Below, one piece after another: positions 21,277-32,204 of a DNA stretch of 64,000 nucleotides. A program made the position numbers and the translations under genes. Source of the DNA: a virus (lineage: Duplodnaviria; Caudoviricetes); IMG/VR virus record IMGVR_UViG_3300021255_002539, positions 128,001-192,000 of that record; one strand, given 5' to 3'. The notes under the pieces were generated by a model. That model was given only the letters and a program-made list of their open reading frames with translations. It was not told the origin of the DNA and did not search any database. Position 1 is the first letter of the stretch; every line of letters begins with the position of its first letter.

Positions 21277-21350
21277 ATACGGTATTTACCATTTGTTGCC
21301 ATTCTTTGTAAATAGATATATACAACAACCAAAGATGGGAATTGACGACG

Positions 21351-22298
21351 ATGATTACAGGATTCATGGGAATAGCCTACTCCACTGACAAGATAGGCAA
21401 GGACGGCAGGTTCTTGGACAAGACGCTTGAGTCTGACTTCATGCAGGCGAGGTACGACATGCTCCGCGCCCCGAACAGATGCTGCTTCAACGAAAGCGCA
21501 TGGAGGAAGAACACAGTCCAGGCCAGGCAGGAATTCCTCAAGATGATGGAGGACACCAACGAGCGCAACAGGATTGACTTTGGCGAGGATGACAGCGACC
21601 AAGATGCAGGGGATTCCGAATCCAAGATCTACAACTACAAGGGTGGTGGACAAGTTGATGCCAGCCCAGAAAAGGTTGAGACCGTGATTGTGGAGTCTGA
21701 TGTGGAGGAAATTGCAGATGGCGCGTTCAAGGACTTCAAGAACCTTAAGTCGGTCGTGTTCAACGAGGGATTGAGGAAGATTGGCAAAAACGCCTTCGAG
21801 AACTGCTCTGGATTGGCGAACATCAGGCTAAATGGCGTTGAGTACATCGGAGACGAGGCGTTCCTCAACTGCACAGGGCTTGTGGCTGTTGAACTTGGCT
21901 CCAACATCCAACACATTGGCATGGGGGCGTTCAAGAACTGCACATCGCTCGGTGCTGCATCCATCCCCCCAAACACCACATTCATTGGGGACTATGTGTT
22001 CGCCAACTGCCCCAAACTGAAGACAGTACAGATGGTGGATGGCGTGGTGGAGATTCCCGCCTACATGTGTCAGAACGATGTGGAGTTGGAGCAGATAATC
22101 CTCCCATCGTCAATAGAAAAAGTCGAGAAGGGCGCATTCGACAACTGCCTCAATGTGGAGGTCTATGTGCCAACTATGGACATGGACGAGGCACAGGATC
22201 TTTTGGGAAGCAAGTTCGTGGCGAAGGACGCTGACGACGACTGCGTGTTCAAGACAGAAGATGGATATGTCGTGAGACTGTACAAAGATCTTTACTGA
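21351..22298 (+). CDS. BspA-type leucine-rich repeat (LRR_5) protein
   Basis: Repeated IGxxAFxNCxxLxxV units; GTAAATA at 21308. Confidence 0.85.
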   Translation: MITGFMGIAYSTDKIGKDGRFLDKTLESDFMQARYDMLRAPNRCCFNESAWRKNTVQARQEFLKMMEDTNERNRIDFGEDDSDQDAGDSESKIYNYKGGGQVDASPEKVETVIVESDVEEIADGAFKDFKNLKSVVFNEGLRKIGKNAFENCSGLANIRLNGVEYIGDEAFLNCTGLVAVELGSNIQHIGMGAFKNCTSLGAASIPPNTTFIGDYVFANCPKLKTVQMVDGVVEIPAYMCQNDVELEQIILPSSIEKVEKGAFDNCLNVEVYVPTMDMDEAQDLLGSKFVAKDADDDCVFKTEDGYVVRLYKDLY

Positions 22299-22311
22299 GG
22301 AGACAACGAAA

Positions 22312-22776
22312 ATGAAATGGTATAAACTGTACAATGAAGGACAAGAAAGGGGAAACCCCATAACCTGCAGCGATATATTTACCTATGACTCTGAATTGTA
22401 TATGCATATAACAGGGAGAGGCGATGAAGGAAAATACTGTTCTGGCACGATTCAGTTCTTATGGAAACCAAAGGGTAAATGGACGAACAATGACTTCTTA
22501 TGGCAATTCAGGGAACCTGAAGACTCCAAACCCCTGAGTGGATACTACGAAAACCACTATCAAATGATTTCCCAGGGAACGACACGCCGCGAAGCACTGA
22601 ATGTGTGCAACAAAGTAAAGAAAATGATTAATAAAGACCCATACATGAACTGGGACCAACTTCTCAAAAAAGTGGAGGCGATTGTGGATGAGTTCAGAAA
22701 GCAAAAGGAGGATGATGGATTTGAAACATCTGGACATCCTTGGTGGTATGGAAAGTCAGACCATGGCAGAGACTAA
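22312..22776 (+). CDS. Putative head-internal protein (MKWYK..NE leader)
   Basis: Shares a 24-bp RBS-plus-leader sequence with the next gene. Confidence 0.65.
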   Translation: MKWYKLYNEGQERGNPITCSDIFTYDSELYMHITGRGDEGKYCSGTIQFLWKPKGKWTNNDFLWQFREPEDSKPLSGYYENHYQMISQGTTRREALNVCNKVKKMINKDPYMNWDQLLKKVEAIVDEFRKQKEDDGFETSGHPWWYGKSDHGRD

Positions 22777-22792
22777 TTTGGAGACAACGAAA

Positions 22793-23092
22793 ATGAAATG
22801 GTACAAGATAAACGAATCCAAGAGACTGTTCAAGGAAAGAACCGCATATGATTTCATGGAAATTCCCTTGGGGAGATACCCAATTGAAGTTGTCGATGTG
22901 GTATGCGACAATCCAGACGAGGCGTATGTCGTCTACAAGTGGATTGGTCCCGACAACTATGGTTACAGGGAAAAGATAGACGCTGCAACAGAAGCGCTGC
23001 GTCATGACATCAGCGAGGAATGGCACATTGACGACAATGGTGGATACGCCAATTGCGGACCAGGCGAGAAATGTATGATAGTGTGGAGATAA
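22793..23092 (+). CDS. Putative head-internal protein (MKWYKINE|S leader)
   Basis: Same ggagacaacgaaaatgaaatggta leader. Confidence 0.65.
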   Translation: MKWYKINESKRLFKERTAYDFMEIPLGRYPIEVVDVVCDNPDEAYVVYKWIGPDNYGYREKIDAATEALRHDISEEWHIDDNGGYANCGPGEKCMIVWR

Positions 23093-23096
23093 GCAA

Positions 23097-24128
23097 ATGA
23101 AATTCTCGATTACATTCAAATACAGCAATGTCACCTTCAAGAACAAGGAGACGAAGGAGACCATTTCCTACGACACCAAGGCAGAGGGCAACACTTTCAC
23201 CTTCGACAATGTGGACGAGGATGTTGTTCTTGGCATCGTGAAGGGCATCAAGGACAAGAAAGCCGCGCAGGTCTTTTCCTACGACGACTTCCGCACGAAC
23301 TTCATCAACGTGATGGCGAGGAACAAGTGCAAGGAACTCTACGACAAGCTCGACAAGGGAGGTTGGAAGGTCGAGGACATAGCAATTTCCAACATAACGA
23401 TAAAGGACTTGGAATTCACCAAGCCCACGATGAACGCAAGGGAGGCAATAACAGTGGAAAGCAGAAAGATGGTGGTGCGCGAAAGTGAGAGTAGTCTATT
23501 GGACAAGGAATACCACGAAGTGTATCTAAATGGAGTGGAAATCCAGGTAAAGATGAGGGAAATCGGGGAGTTCATGAGGAACGAAGGTTTCGCCGACCAC
23601 TTGGATATGATGAACAGGCTCAATGGCGTCAAGAAGGAGATGCAAGAAATCATGGACGACCTGGAATGCGCAGTAGACGACATCGGGCAAGACGAATATG
23701 TAAACAGCGACGAATTCCACGACAAGATTGACCGAGACGCACAGGCATCCCTCGACAGAGGAACCTATTCTGAAAACAGGACGATTGTGAAAGAGGGTTC
23801 TGAAAACATCGAACCTGTCATCTTCAAGCGGGACAGACACGATGGAGAGGTCGTGGCGTTCTTCCCAGAGACGATGTTCGATGGCTCTGTGAACAAGGGA
23901 AACATCATGTGCTACGCCCACAACGGTCAGAGTTCCGAGGCAAGCATAGAGTACTTCCAAGATTGCAGACCCTGCAAAGACGAATCTGAATACGCAGACT
24001 TGCTTGCCGAACTCGAGGACTACTTCATGCAGGACCCAGATGCTGGCGACATACAGTTAAAGGTCGTGAAGAAGCCCAACTATGGAAGGGGTCCAAGCAG
24101 AAGGAAGATGTGGCCTTCCAGGTTTTGA
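23097..24128 (+). CDS. Putative multi-module head-internal protein
   Basis: 343 aa with ITVE|S, VVRE|S and IVKE|G motifs between segments. Confidence 0.6.
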   Translation: MKFSITFKYSNVTFKNKETKETISYDTKAEGNTFTFDNVDEDVVLGIVKGIKDKKAAQVFSYDDFRTNFINVMARNKCKELYDKLDKGGWKVEDIAISNITIKDLEFTKPTMNAREAITVESRKMVVRESESSLLDKEYHEVYLNGVEIQVKMREIGEFMRNEGFADHLDMMNRLNGVKKEMQEIMDDLECAVDDIGQDEYVNSDEFHDKIDRDAQASLDRGTYSENRTIVKEGSENIEPVIFKRDRHDGEVVAFFPETMFDGSVNKGNIMCYAHNGQSSEASIEYFQDCRPCKDESEYADLLAELEDYFMQDPDAGDIQLKVVKKPNYGRGPSRRKMWPSRF

Positions 24129-24148
24129 TAACCAAATGCATACACAAC

Positions 24149-26434
24149 ATGGCGACGAACACTGACAAACTTGCACCAAGGATAATCGTGAACGAACACG
24201 ACATCCCATCCCCTGAATCCAGAATCAGGAGGAAGCCCGTAACATTGATGTTCGGCTTCTCCCCCATTGGACGCACATGCGAGATGGTCGTGTGCAACAC
24301 CATCCAGGAGATAACGCAGGAGTTCGGTCAGCCAGAGTCAGCACCAGAGAAGTACTTCATAGACTCTGCCCAGAGGTTGGTTCAAGAAAACGCCACTGTG
24401 TTGATGACCCGTCTGCCATACGACAACGACCAGTCCCACACCGTGAAGTATGTGGACTACAAGGTTGAGGATCCAATATCCACCAGGGACATCGTTACTG
24501 TCCCACAGGAGACCTTGATGCGCAAGAAGGACGACAAGGCGGTGACTGTCCTCAAGGAAATGCACAATCTGGACAGCAAGATGACGCAGGTTCAGAGGAT
24601 ATCCCAAGTCTCCAACAACCTCGGCGAACACATCCACAAGATGACGAACGAGGAACTGGTGGAGCTTGAGATAGACCCACAGGCGAACCTCGATGCCAAC
24701 ACCTTCAGAATCGTGGACATCAGGGGAGAGAGGTATGGGGTTGGTGCTGCCAAGGCTGCCTACACTGGCATATTCCCTGTTGTCGTGACATCCCCAATGG
24801 CTCTGTACTACCAGGGGAGCATATAGAACACCACAGATCTGGATTCAGCGATGTCGATGATGGATCTCTCAGAGGGGATTGAGATGTCCACAGAGTGGTT
24901 CAGGACAGCCGACCCAATAGACGCCGACACCAAGGACACCCAGGCTGAGATAGTGGCAAGCATAGAGCAGCAAATCAACTTCGATACCACCACCAACAGG
25001 TTCCACAGAAGCGACTCCTTCCAGGACACTTGCGTGAAGGGGTTTCCGAGGGTTGGATTGACTGCCCCAAACACTCTGGACAGAACCCACTTGAACGAAA
25101 TTGGGGTATTGGTGTGTGGCATCAGATGGAACGACGACGAGCAGCGCACCAACTTGGTCGTGCTGGAGTCCTTCTTTGGTAGACTGGGGGCTGGCAGGAA
25201 TTCCGTGGACAAGAAGATCAACTCGCAGTCCCAGTACATCAGAATGTACAAGAATGTGTCAATCCCCAACCAAACAGACTTCTTCGTGGTGAACGACCAG
25301 AAGCTCACCTCGCTTGGAATGGCGTCCGAGGAATGCCAGAAGTTCGTGAACTACAAGACCTCGATAGTCGATCCAATCACCTATGTCCTGGAAAGCATCT
25401 ACTCTGATGTGGATTCGCTTGAACTCGATGTGATATTGGACGCGGGTCTGTCCTCCACGGCGTTCATGGCATATGTGGCGAAGAACCAATATGGCGAGTC
25501 CTACGAGCAGAACGAAAAGGTCAGGACAAGGATAGACTGGGGTTCGGGCGAATACCCAATCGACGAGTATGTGGAGAAGTACGCCCTGGTCTGGAACAAC
25601 ATGACCAAGCTGTTTGGGGACTTCGTGAAGAATGTGCGTGGGGACTGCGTCTACATTGCCGATGGACCCAGAATCCTGAATCTGGAGCGCAACTACCCCA
25701 TCTCCAACTACACGGAAATCGACAACTCAGAGCTGTTCAACAAATACCTGCCCCTGTTCAATGGCTACACCAACAACTATGTGGCGAGGTACTGGAACTG
25801 GGTGTTCATAGAGGACATGCAGTGGATCAACAGGGGATTCTGGGTGCCTGGCTCTGTCGTGATGGGAAGTCAGCTGGCCGTGAACGACCACGATGGGCAG
25901 GTTTGGTACGCACCAGCAGGTCAGACCAGAGGATTGGTAGATGGCGCGTTCGATGTGAGTGTGAAGACAAAGGCCTACAACCAGGAGAACGACTTGCTCT
26001 ACTCCAACCAATGGAACTTCTTCAACATCTACCAAAACGAGGGCGTGGTGGTTGAGGGGCAGAAGACCCTCCAGACGCGGAAGACATCACTTGACAGGCT
26101 AAATGTGCGTAGAATGGTGTGCTGGATCAAGCAACAAGCCAGAATAATCGCAAACAGGTACAAGTACGAGCCACACACCAAGACAACGAGAGATGGGTTC
26201 AGAGCAGAGATAGTGGCGATGCTGCAATAGATACAACGCACCAGTGGCATATCTGACTTTAGGGTTCTGTGCGACGAGACCAACAACACAATCGAGAGCA
26301 TCGACCGTCACGAACTGTGGTGCAAGATAGCCATCAAGCCCATAAAAGCGGTTGAATATATATTGATAGACCTTGACATAATCAATGGCAAGGTCGGAAT
26401 GCAAGAAGGAAATGCTGTGATTGTCTAGCAGTGA
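24149..26434 (+). CDS. Tail sheath protein paralogue (761 aa, 3 TAG read as Gln)
   Basis: WYAPAG..RG, EGQKTLQ..SLDRLNVRR, and past TAG 26228 the sheath C-terminus CDETNNT..IDRHEL..IKPIKAVEYI. TAGs at 24824, 26228 and 26426. Confidence 0.88.
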
Positions 26435-26435
26435 C

Positions 26436-26942
26436 TTAGCCAAGTTCCTCGGCCACCTCGCACCTCATCAGCTCTGCGTCGAACACATAGTCCCTGTCCT
26501 CGGTTTCGTCAGCATCCTCGTCGGCATCCTCAATGTCGTCCATCGAGATTGGTTCGCTTCCATAGGCGCAGTTCATCATGTGGTTGTAGGCATTGCCGTC
26601 CGATGGAATGTAGCCATGAAGTCTGTCGTCCTCCCCAATATACACCACGAACACCAGAGGCTTCTCCCAATCCCCTCCTGCAGCACACCATGCCACAGGA
26701 AAGGCCTTCTCCCCCTCTCCAATCATCTCGAACTTGTCGAGATACTCGGTGCCGGGCATGTCGTACTCGCCTATGTAGTCCATGTTCTCGAAATCGACAT
26801 TGACCTTGGATGTCAGTTCTGACAGAATTCCAGGGCAAGTCTCCCCTCCATATACAACAGATTCTATGCCACCCACGTCCTCTATCCTGGACTCAAGGTT
26901 GTCAATCGTCAATCCACACTTTTTCGACTTGATCATATCCAT
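26436..26942 (-). CDS. Hypothetical protein
   Basis: Acidic ORF containing AGGDWE.PL..GYIP.DGN. Confidence 0.65.
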   Translation of the reverse strand: MDMIKSKKCGLTIDNLESRIEDVGGIESVVYGGETCPGILSELTSKVNVDFENMDYIGEYDMPGTEYLDKFEMIGEGEKAFPVAWCAAGGDWEKPLVFVVYIGEDDRLHGYIPSDGNAYNHMMNCAYGSEPISMDDIEDADEDADETEDRDYVFDAELMRCEVAEELG

Positions 26943-26955
26943 GTTGTTCCTTTCC

Positions 26956-27681
26956 TTACTTGAAGAACGACGCCAGGGCAGAATTGCTCCGAACCACAAC
27001 GACATCTTCCATTGATGAGTCAGCATTGTCCTTCATGATGTTGCAGAACTCGTCGTACAGAATAGGCACTTCATATCTCATCTTGTCGGCATGGACAATC
27101 GTGGAGTACTTCTTCCCAGACAGACACCCAAAGGCATCCCCAAGGAACGGAAGACCCCTGCCACTCAAGGATCGGACCAACCTTACCATGCCAGACATCT
27201 TGTTCACCTTGCCCAGTTGACAATCAATCCACTTGAACAAGTCCATCCCAAAGTCCTGCTCTGGATTGAACTTGTATTGTGGAATGTCCTGGTCGAATAT
27301 GCATTCACCATCGTCTGGCGACACATCCACTATCACGAAGTTCAGAGCCTGAAGCAGCTTCTTCATGTAGAGCCGCTTTGTGTGTGCCATGGGGGACAAC
27401 ATCCAATCCTTGAACTTCTCTGACACCACTATGTTGTTGTACCTGGTGGCGGTGGTGGACAACTCGAATATGAAGTCGTTGAACCAAATCTCCCTCTCCA
27501 CATTCGCGTCAATGTCACCAATGATGTTGAAGTGGCAGTGGTTTTGAACATCTCCGCCACCACCATCCTCCTTGAATGTGGAGTTGATGTTGTCGGCAAC
27601 AGAAATGGCAATTGGGGAGCCACCAACCAACAGGATGTTGAACACCCCTATCTCGTCTATCGTCGTTTTCCTCTTTTTCAT
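26956..27681 (-). CDS. Hypothetical protein
   Basis: 241-aa ORF in the operon. Confidence 0.6.
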   Translation of the reverse strand: MKKRKTTIDEIGVFNILLVGGSPIAISVADNINSTFKEDGGGGDVQNHCHFNIIGDIDANVEREIWFNDFIFELSTTATRYNNIVVSEKFKDWMLSPMAHTKRLYMKKLLQALNFVIVDVSPDDGECIFDQDIPQYKFNPEQDFGMDLFKWIDCQLGKVNKMSGMVRLVRSLSGRGLPFLGDAFGCLSGKKYSTIVHADKMRYEVPILYDEFCNIMKDNADSSMEDVVVVRSNSALASFFK

Positions 27682-27701
27682 GTCTCAAATCCCCTCTATC
27701 T

Positions 27702-28172
27702 TCAAAACTCGTGTATCTTCGTCCATTCGTTGTATGGCATGAAACCCGAAAAGAACTCGCATATCTTCTTGTATTCCCTGCAACGACCACTTTCTGACAT
27801 CTGACCCAGTTGAACTGAACTCACTATGATCATCTTCTCTGGGATGGAATTGTACTCAGACGCCTTTTCGTCGTAGTCCAAGTCGTATTCAAGTGTCGTT
27901 TGAACCCGTTTCTGCCACTCGTCGTTCTCGTCTATGGGAACGCACTTGGAGAAGTAGTTCAATATGACATTCACCATGAAGTCTGATGTACAGAGGAATG
28001 TCATGTACCAATTGCCCTTTCCATGACCACAACAACTCATGGCGGTTCTGACGCCAGGTAGGTTGTTGAACACATCCAACATGGGCAAAAGCTCCTCGTC
28101 CACGTCGTCTGGATATGTGAACTTCCTGTGGTTTGCGTGTTTGTACCACTTCTTTAATACATAGTTTTTCAT
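27702..28172 (-). CDS. Hypothetical protein (T..SCCGH motif)
   Basis: 156 aa with RBS; contains VRTAMSCCGH. Confidence 0.6.
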   Translation of the reverse strand: MKNYVLKKWYKHANHRKFTYPDDVDEELLPMLDVFNNLPGVRTAMSCCGHGKGNWYMTFLCTSDFMVNVILNYFSKCVPIDENDEWQKRVQTTLEYDLDYDEKASEYNSIPEKMIIVSSVQLGQMSESGRCREYKKICEFFSGFMPYNEWTKIHEF

Positions 28173-28175
28173 CTT

Positions 28176-28766
28176 TTAAATCACCTCGTCTTGGAATTTG
28201 TATGCTGTTGGCGAAAGTATCTGCTTGAGGTAGCTCACCAATGTGACCTCGCTCACTGGCTGATAGTCCCACAGGTCTGTGCAGACATTTATGTTCAACA
28301 CCTTGTTCACCTTGTCCACATAGTACTTCTCGCCATTCCAAAGCGAGTGGCAGTGTCCGCAGATGTTGATGTCTCCTGGCTTCAAGTGCAATCTACTCCT
28401 GGGGTCGGTTGACGGATAGTGGCACAGAACCACATTGAATATCTTGCCTATCGTCATCCTCATGGATGTAGCCATGCTCTTCACGCCATTCGTGGGATCG
28501 TGGTTACCCTCGATGTTGACTACATTGGCTTGGAATCGCTTTTTCGTTTCCCTCCAAGGCAGCAACATCCCAGGGCTTCCATTGTCGTCCTTGAGGCAGT
28601 ACAAGTCCCCTATGTGGTAGATGATGTCGTCCTTGTCTTTCGCAATCTCGTTGCAGTTTGCTATCAACTTGTCCGTCATCTCTATGTTGTCCAAAAAGGG
28701 TCTCTTGCACAGCTCAAGGATCTTTGTGGAGCCAAGATGCAAATCTGATGTGAAGTACCTCCGCAT
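28176..28766 (-). CDS. Calcineurin-like metallophosphoesterase
   Basis: FTSDLH, GDL, GNHD, HYP and GHCH motifs. Confidence 0.85.
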   Translation of the reverse strand: MRRYFTSDLHLGSTKILELCKRPFLDNIEMTDKLIANCNEIAKDKDDIIYHIGDLYCLKDDNGSPGMLLPWRETKKRFQANVVNIEGNHDPTNGVKSMATSMRMTIGKIFNVVLCHYPSTDPRSRLHLKPGDINICGHCHSLWNGEKYYVDKVNKVLNINVCTDLWDYQPVSEVTLVSYLKQILSPTAYKFQDEVI

Positions 28767-28792
28767 GTGGATTCGCCATCTTGGTATTCCTG

Positions 28793-29881
28793 TTAGAGAG
28801 ACATCCCCGAGAGAATGTCGTCAATCTTCGCGTTGATGTCCTCAGTGGCAACTGGGGCAGGTTCAGCCTTCTTCGCAGCCTTTGGAGCAGGTGGGGGTGG
28901 AGGAGGAAGGTCGTCAACATCCTCAGTCACATCCTTTGCGACTGGGTCAGGAGCAGGTGCTGCCTTTGGTGCAGCAACAGGCTTCGCCGCTACTGGCGCA
29001 GGGATGTCCATCGGAATGTCGTCGTTGGATACCTGGGACGAGAAGTTCTCCACATAGAACGCCTCAAGCTCCTCCTTGGTCGGGACCGTGTACCAGTTGG
29101 CGTCGAACTGCGCGTCGTCAACAAGATCGTCCGTCAAGGCATCAATGTGCTTCGGCGCAGTGGTGAAGCCAATGCGGGTGAATCCGTTCTTCTTGAAGCG
29201 GTACTCGTTTGGCTTGCCCTCGTTCTTGACCTTCTCGACCTTGCCCCAAGTGAAGAACAAGTCGCAAGCGTCGTTGTTCCAGATTGGCGTGTTGCTTCCC
29301 TGAGACGCCTGGATCTGCGCAAGCAGTGCCTGATAGCAATCCTCGTCCAGAGTCAGAACCTTGACGGCTCCGTTGTTCGCCTCGTAGTTGGGGTCGTTCA
29401 CGACATAGACCAATGCACGTGCCATGAAGGTGTTGTGCAGGGCCTTCATCTTCGCCTTCGCCTCCTGGTTCTTGAAGTGGGAGTCCGTGTATGCCTTCCA
29501 CGCAGCACCATAGGCGTTGCACATTGGGCAGTGCGCCTTGGAGAGGGTGGAGTTGGCCTTCACATAGTCCGTCTGAGGGCAGACAATCATATGCGAACGG
29601 CGCTTCGTCTTCTCTGGGTCGTCCGTTGGAACATCCTCCCACACCTGGTGGACATGCTGGATGATGAACGGGAAGTCCCTGTAGTGGGCGAAGTTGGAGG
29701 AAGCAACGAACTTCTCGTTGGGCTGCGTATTCAAAAGGCGCAGGCGATAGAACTTGCCATCCTCGGTTGGCTTCAAGAACAACTGCGTGGTGTTCTTGGA
29801 GAACTCACGGGCTTTCCTCTGAGTGAGTAGACCCGTCATGATTGAACTCGTCGGCATTCCGACATTTGTATTTAGCATCAT
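28793..29881 (-). CDS. Single-stranded DNA-binding protein, T4 gp32-like
   Basis: H..CP..CPMC zinc ligands, YVVNDP..NNGAVK, Pro/Ala linker and acidic tail; adjacent to uvsY. Confidence 0.8.
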   Translation of the reverse strand: MMLNTNVGMPTSSIMTGLLTQRKAREFSKNTTQLFLKPTEDGKFYRLRLLNTQPNEKFVASSNFAHYRDFPFIIQHVHQVWEDVPTDDPEKTKRRSHMIVCPQTDYVKANSTLSKAHCPMCNAYGAAWKAYTDSHFKNQEAKAKMKALHNTFMARALVYVVNDPNYEANNGAVKVLTLDEDCYQALLAQIQASQGSNTPIWNNDACDLFFTWGKVEKVKNEGKPNEYRFKKNGFTRIGFTTAPKHIDALTDDLVDDAQFDANWYTVPTKEELEAFYVENFSSQVSNDDIPMDIPAPVAAKPVAAPKAAPAPDPVAKDVTEDVDDLPPPPPPAPKAAKKAEPAPVATEDINAKIDDILSGMSL

Positions 29882-30004
29882 TTTTTGTACCTCTTTTCTG
29901 TTTTGTTGTTTTCTGTTTTTCTTTCATCGGTTCAGTGCAAACAACCTTGCTCACATTGAACAATATTATTTACACTTTCACGATAAATAATTATACGAAT
30001 TTGC

Positions 30005-30463
30005 TCAGGAATTGTTAAGCTTTATTACCTCAATTGCGTTTTTTATGTTGTAGGAAAACTCAGACAACGATGTTATGGCCTGTGCTATCACTTCAAGCGA
30101 CAGTTCTATGTTCTTCCTCGTGGCGTCTATCTTCTTTAGGGTCTCGTCCTCCTGCGTCGCGGTCTTGAGCTTGTCAAATGCATTGTTGCCCTTGTTCTTG
30201 GAAAGCAGGTTCTTCTGATACTCGGCACGCAAGGAAACCAGCTTCTGCAATGCCTCCTTTTCCTTCGCCATGTACCCAACCCACTTGGCCTTCATGGATG
30301 ATGTAGTCAGAGACTTCTCGCGGAGGTTGGACAACGACAACTCCAAGTCCTCCTTCAACTCGTTGGAGTATTGGATTGCGGGGGATACCTTCTTGTTGTT
30401 CCTGGGTTCTATGTCTATATTGGGCAAATCTTCCATGTTCAAATTCCTTGCTATATTATACAT
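30005..30463 (-). CDS. uvsY: Recombination mediator UvsY-like
   Basis: Helical, about 150 aa, ending FSYNIKNAIEVIKL; in the SSB context. Confidence 0.7.
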   Translation of the reverse strand: MYNIARNLNMEDLPNIDIEPRNNKKVSPAIQYSNELKEDLELSLSNLREKSLTTSSMKAKWVGYMAKEKEALQKLVSLRAEYQKNLLSKNKGNNAFDKLKTATQEDETLKKIDATRKNIELSLEVIAQAITSLSEFSYNIKNAIEVIKLNNS

Positions 30464-30527
30464 GTTTTGTTTTGGCCCGTAAAGATGTAAATATTATCCG
30501 ACATTTCTTGTATAATTCAAGTTGAAT

Positions 30528-32204
30528 ATGGCGCACAATGGCACAGAAAAGAAAGACAGAAGCGAGACCACAGACAAGTGCATGGTCTCCGTGTGTCTGC
30601 ATGGCGTGAAGTTGAGGGACGAAAAGAACCTGCCACTGATGGTGGATTTGGCGAAGACCTTCAACTCTGCGTCACGTTGCGCCTTCAAGCGGTTCAAGGA
30701 CATTGGGTTGAATGGAATGCTCAAGTCCCATAGGGAACCAACCAAAAGGGCATTCCAGTTCAGGGATGTACCAATGGTAAATGGCAGACCTGTGTGCTTC
30801 GACAAGCCAGTTGGAATGTCGGACGAGATGTGGTTGAACATGCGTCTGGAATCCTACAAGCGCAAGGTCAATTCGCACCAGGCAAACCCCTTCTGGCAAA
30901 TTGACAAGGATTTGGGCAGCCCGATATTGGGTACAGAGAGGATTGTTGGGGAATGGTTGGACAACAATGGCTACAAATTGGACTCCAACCTCCTACACAA
31001 CGCCATATTGGATGGACTGAAGAACTACAAGTCCTTTGAAAGGCAAGTGTCCAATTTCAAGACAGGCAAGTTCAACCCATCGTTTGGGGATATTCAGAAT
31101 AGATCAAAACGACGCATTGACCAGGACGAGTTCCAATTGACCAGAAACGCATCCTTCACTGTCGTTGGAAGCGCATCCCAAAAAGGCAACCCCAAGTTCA
31201 GGTTCAATGTAGACGACAACACATTCACCTTCACATACCAAAGAAGGAAGATCGAGTTCGACTTCTCTGCCCACCACTTCTCCAAGAACAACCTCAAGCA
31301 GGTGTCCAGAATAGTGGAGATGATGGAGTCCAGAAAACTGCCAGTGACCGTGACATTGAAGCGCATTGGCAAGGGCAACTCCTTCGAGGTGACTTTGACC
31401 TGCTCCCAATCCCAATTGTCCAGGTGCATTGGAGAGGACCAGAACTGCAAGGATAACAACATAGTGTCTGGCATTTGGGTTGGTGGAGACATCATCCACC
31501 ACAACATAGTGGACCAGACGTCAGGCAGGACATTGTACTCCAAGACATACAGAATGGATGAGTTGTCTGGGGAGAAAAGGTGCGCCAAGCAAATGGAGTC
31601 CTTGAGGTTCAATGGGGACTACAAGACCCTATCAAAGGCCAGAAAGCACCTGAACAACAGAATTTCAAACACCACCCACAATCTGCTCAAGAAGGTATTC
31701 AACATCAACAAGGCACATAATGTGGGATCTGTCGTAGTCGAGAAGCCATCGTCAATGACCAAGAGGAAGTTCAACAACTCCTTGATTGGCTTCGACAAGT
31801 ACGATGTGGAGAATGGAACAGGAGCAGCCTGCTTCATGAACCCAACCAAGTTCAACGCAATGGTGAAAAGCCATTGCGCCAGGAACATGATGGAGTTCAA
31901 GCAGGTAAATGGAGAATTCATACAGACAAAGGCTGTCCTGGAGTCAAAGACCATGGGAGAGGCAATTGGAAACGCCGGCCTCGAAATGGTATCCAGGGCA
32001 GATTCGAAAACAGGCAAGACCTCTCTGACCGACTTGGCTTTGGAGATGTCCCTTGACCCTTCCATGCTTGATTGGGTCGGGCATCTTCTCCACAACAAGC
32101 GCAGTCGGCAGGCGAGAATCGAGCTGAAAAGGGCGTTTCAAGCAAGGGCAGTCGAGAGAGCTGTCCGCCTGGTTGACAACAGGTCCAGTTCTATTCTTGT
32201 CTGA
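30528..32204 (+). CDS. TnpB/IS200-IS605 OrfB-like protein, RuvC apparently inactivated
   Basis: N-terminal FNSASRCAFKRF helix and GSASQKGNPKFRF. RuvC-I region reads GIWVG (Asp lost), RuvC-II reads VVVEK, and no clear RuvC-III Asp is present. Confidence 0.55.
   Translation: MAHNGTEKKDRSETTDKCMVSVCLHGVKLRDEKNLPLMVDLAKTFNSASRCAFKRFKDIGLNGMLKSHREPTKRAFQFRDVPMVNGRPVCFDKPVGMSDEMWLNMRLESYKRKVNSHQANPFWQIDKDLGSPILGTERIVGEWLDNNGYKLDSNLLHNAILDGLKNYKSFERQVSNFKTGKFNPSFGDIQNRSKRRIDQDEFQLTRNASFTVVGSASQKGNPKFRFNVDDNTFTFTYQRRKIEFDFSAHHFSKNNLKQVSRIVEMMESRKLPVTVTLKRIGKGNSFEVTLTCSQSQLSRCIGEDQNCKDNNIVSGIWVGGDIIHHNIVDQTSGRTLYSKTYRMDELSGEKRCAKQMESLRFNGDYKTLSKARKHLNNRISNTTHNLLKKVFNINKAHNVGSVVVEKPSSMTKRKFNNSLIGFDKYDVENGTGAACFMNPTKFNAMVKSHCARNMMEFKQVNGEFIQTKAVLESKTMGEAIGNAGLEMVSRADSKTGKTSLTDLALEMSLDPSMLDWVGHLLHNKRSRQARIELKRAFQARAVERAVRLVDNRSSSILV

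Noticed and set aside
30528-32204. Active IS200/IS605 or IS607 element
   Set aside because: No tnpA or serine recombinase is adjacent, no element ends were identified, and the catalytic Asp appears lost.
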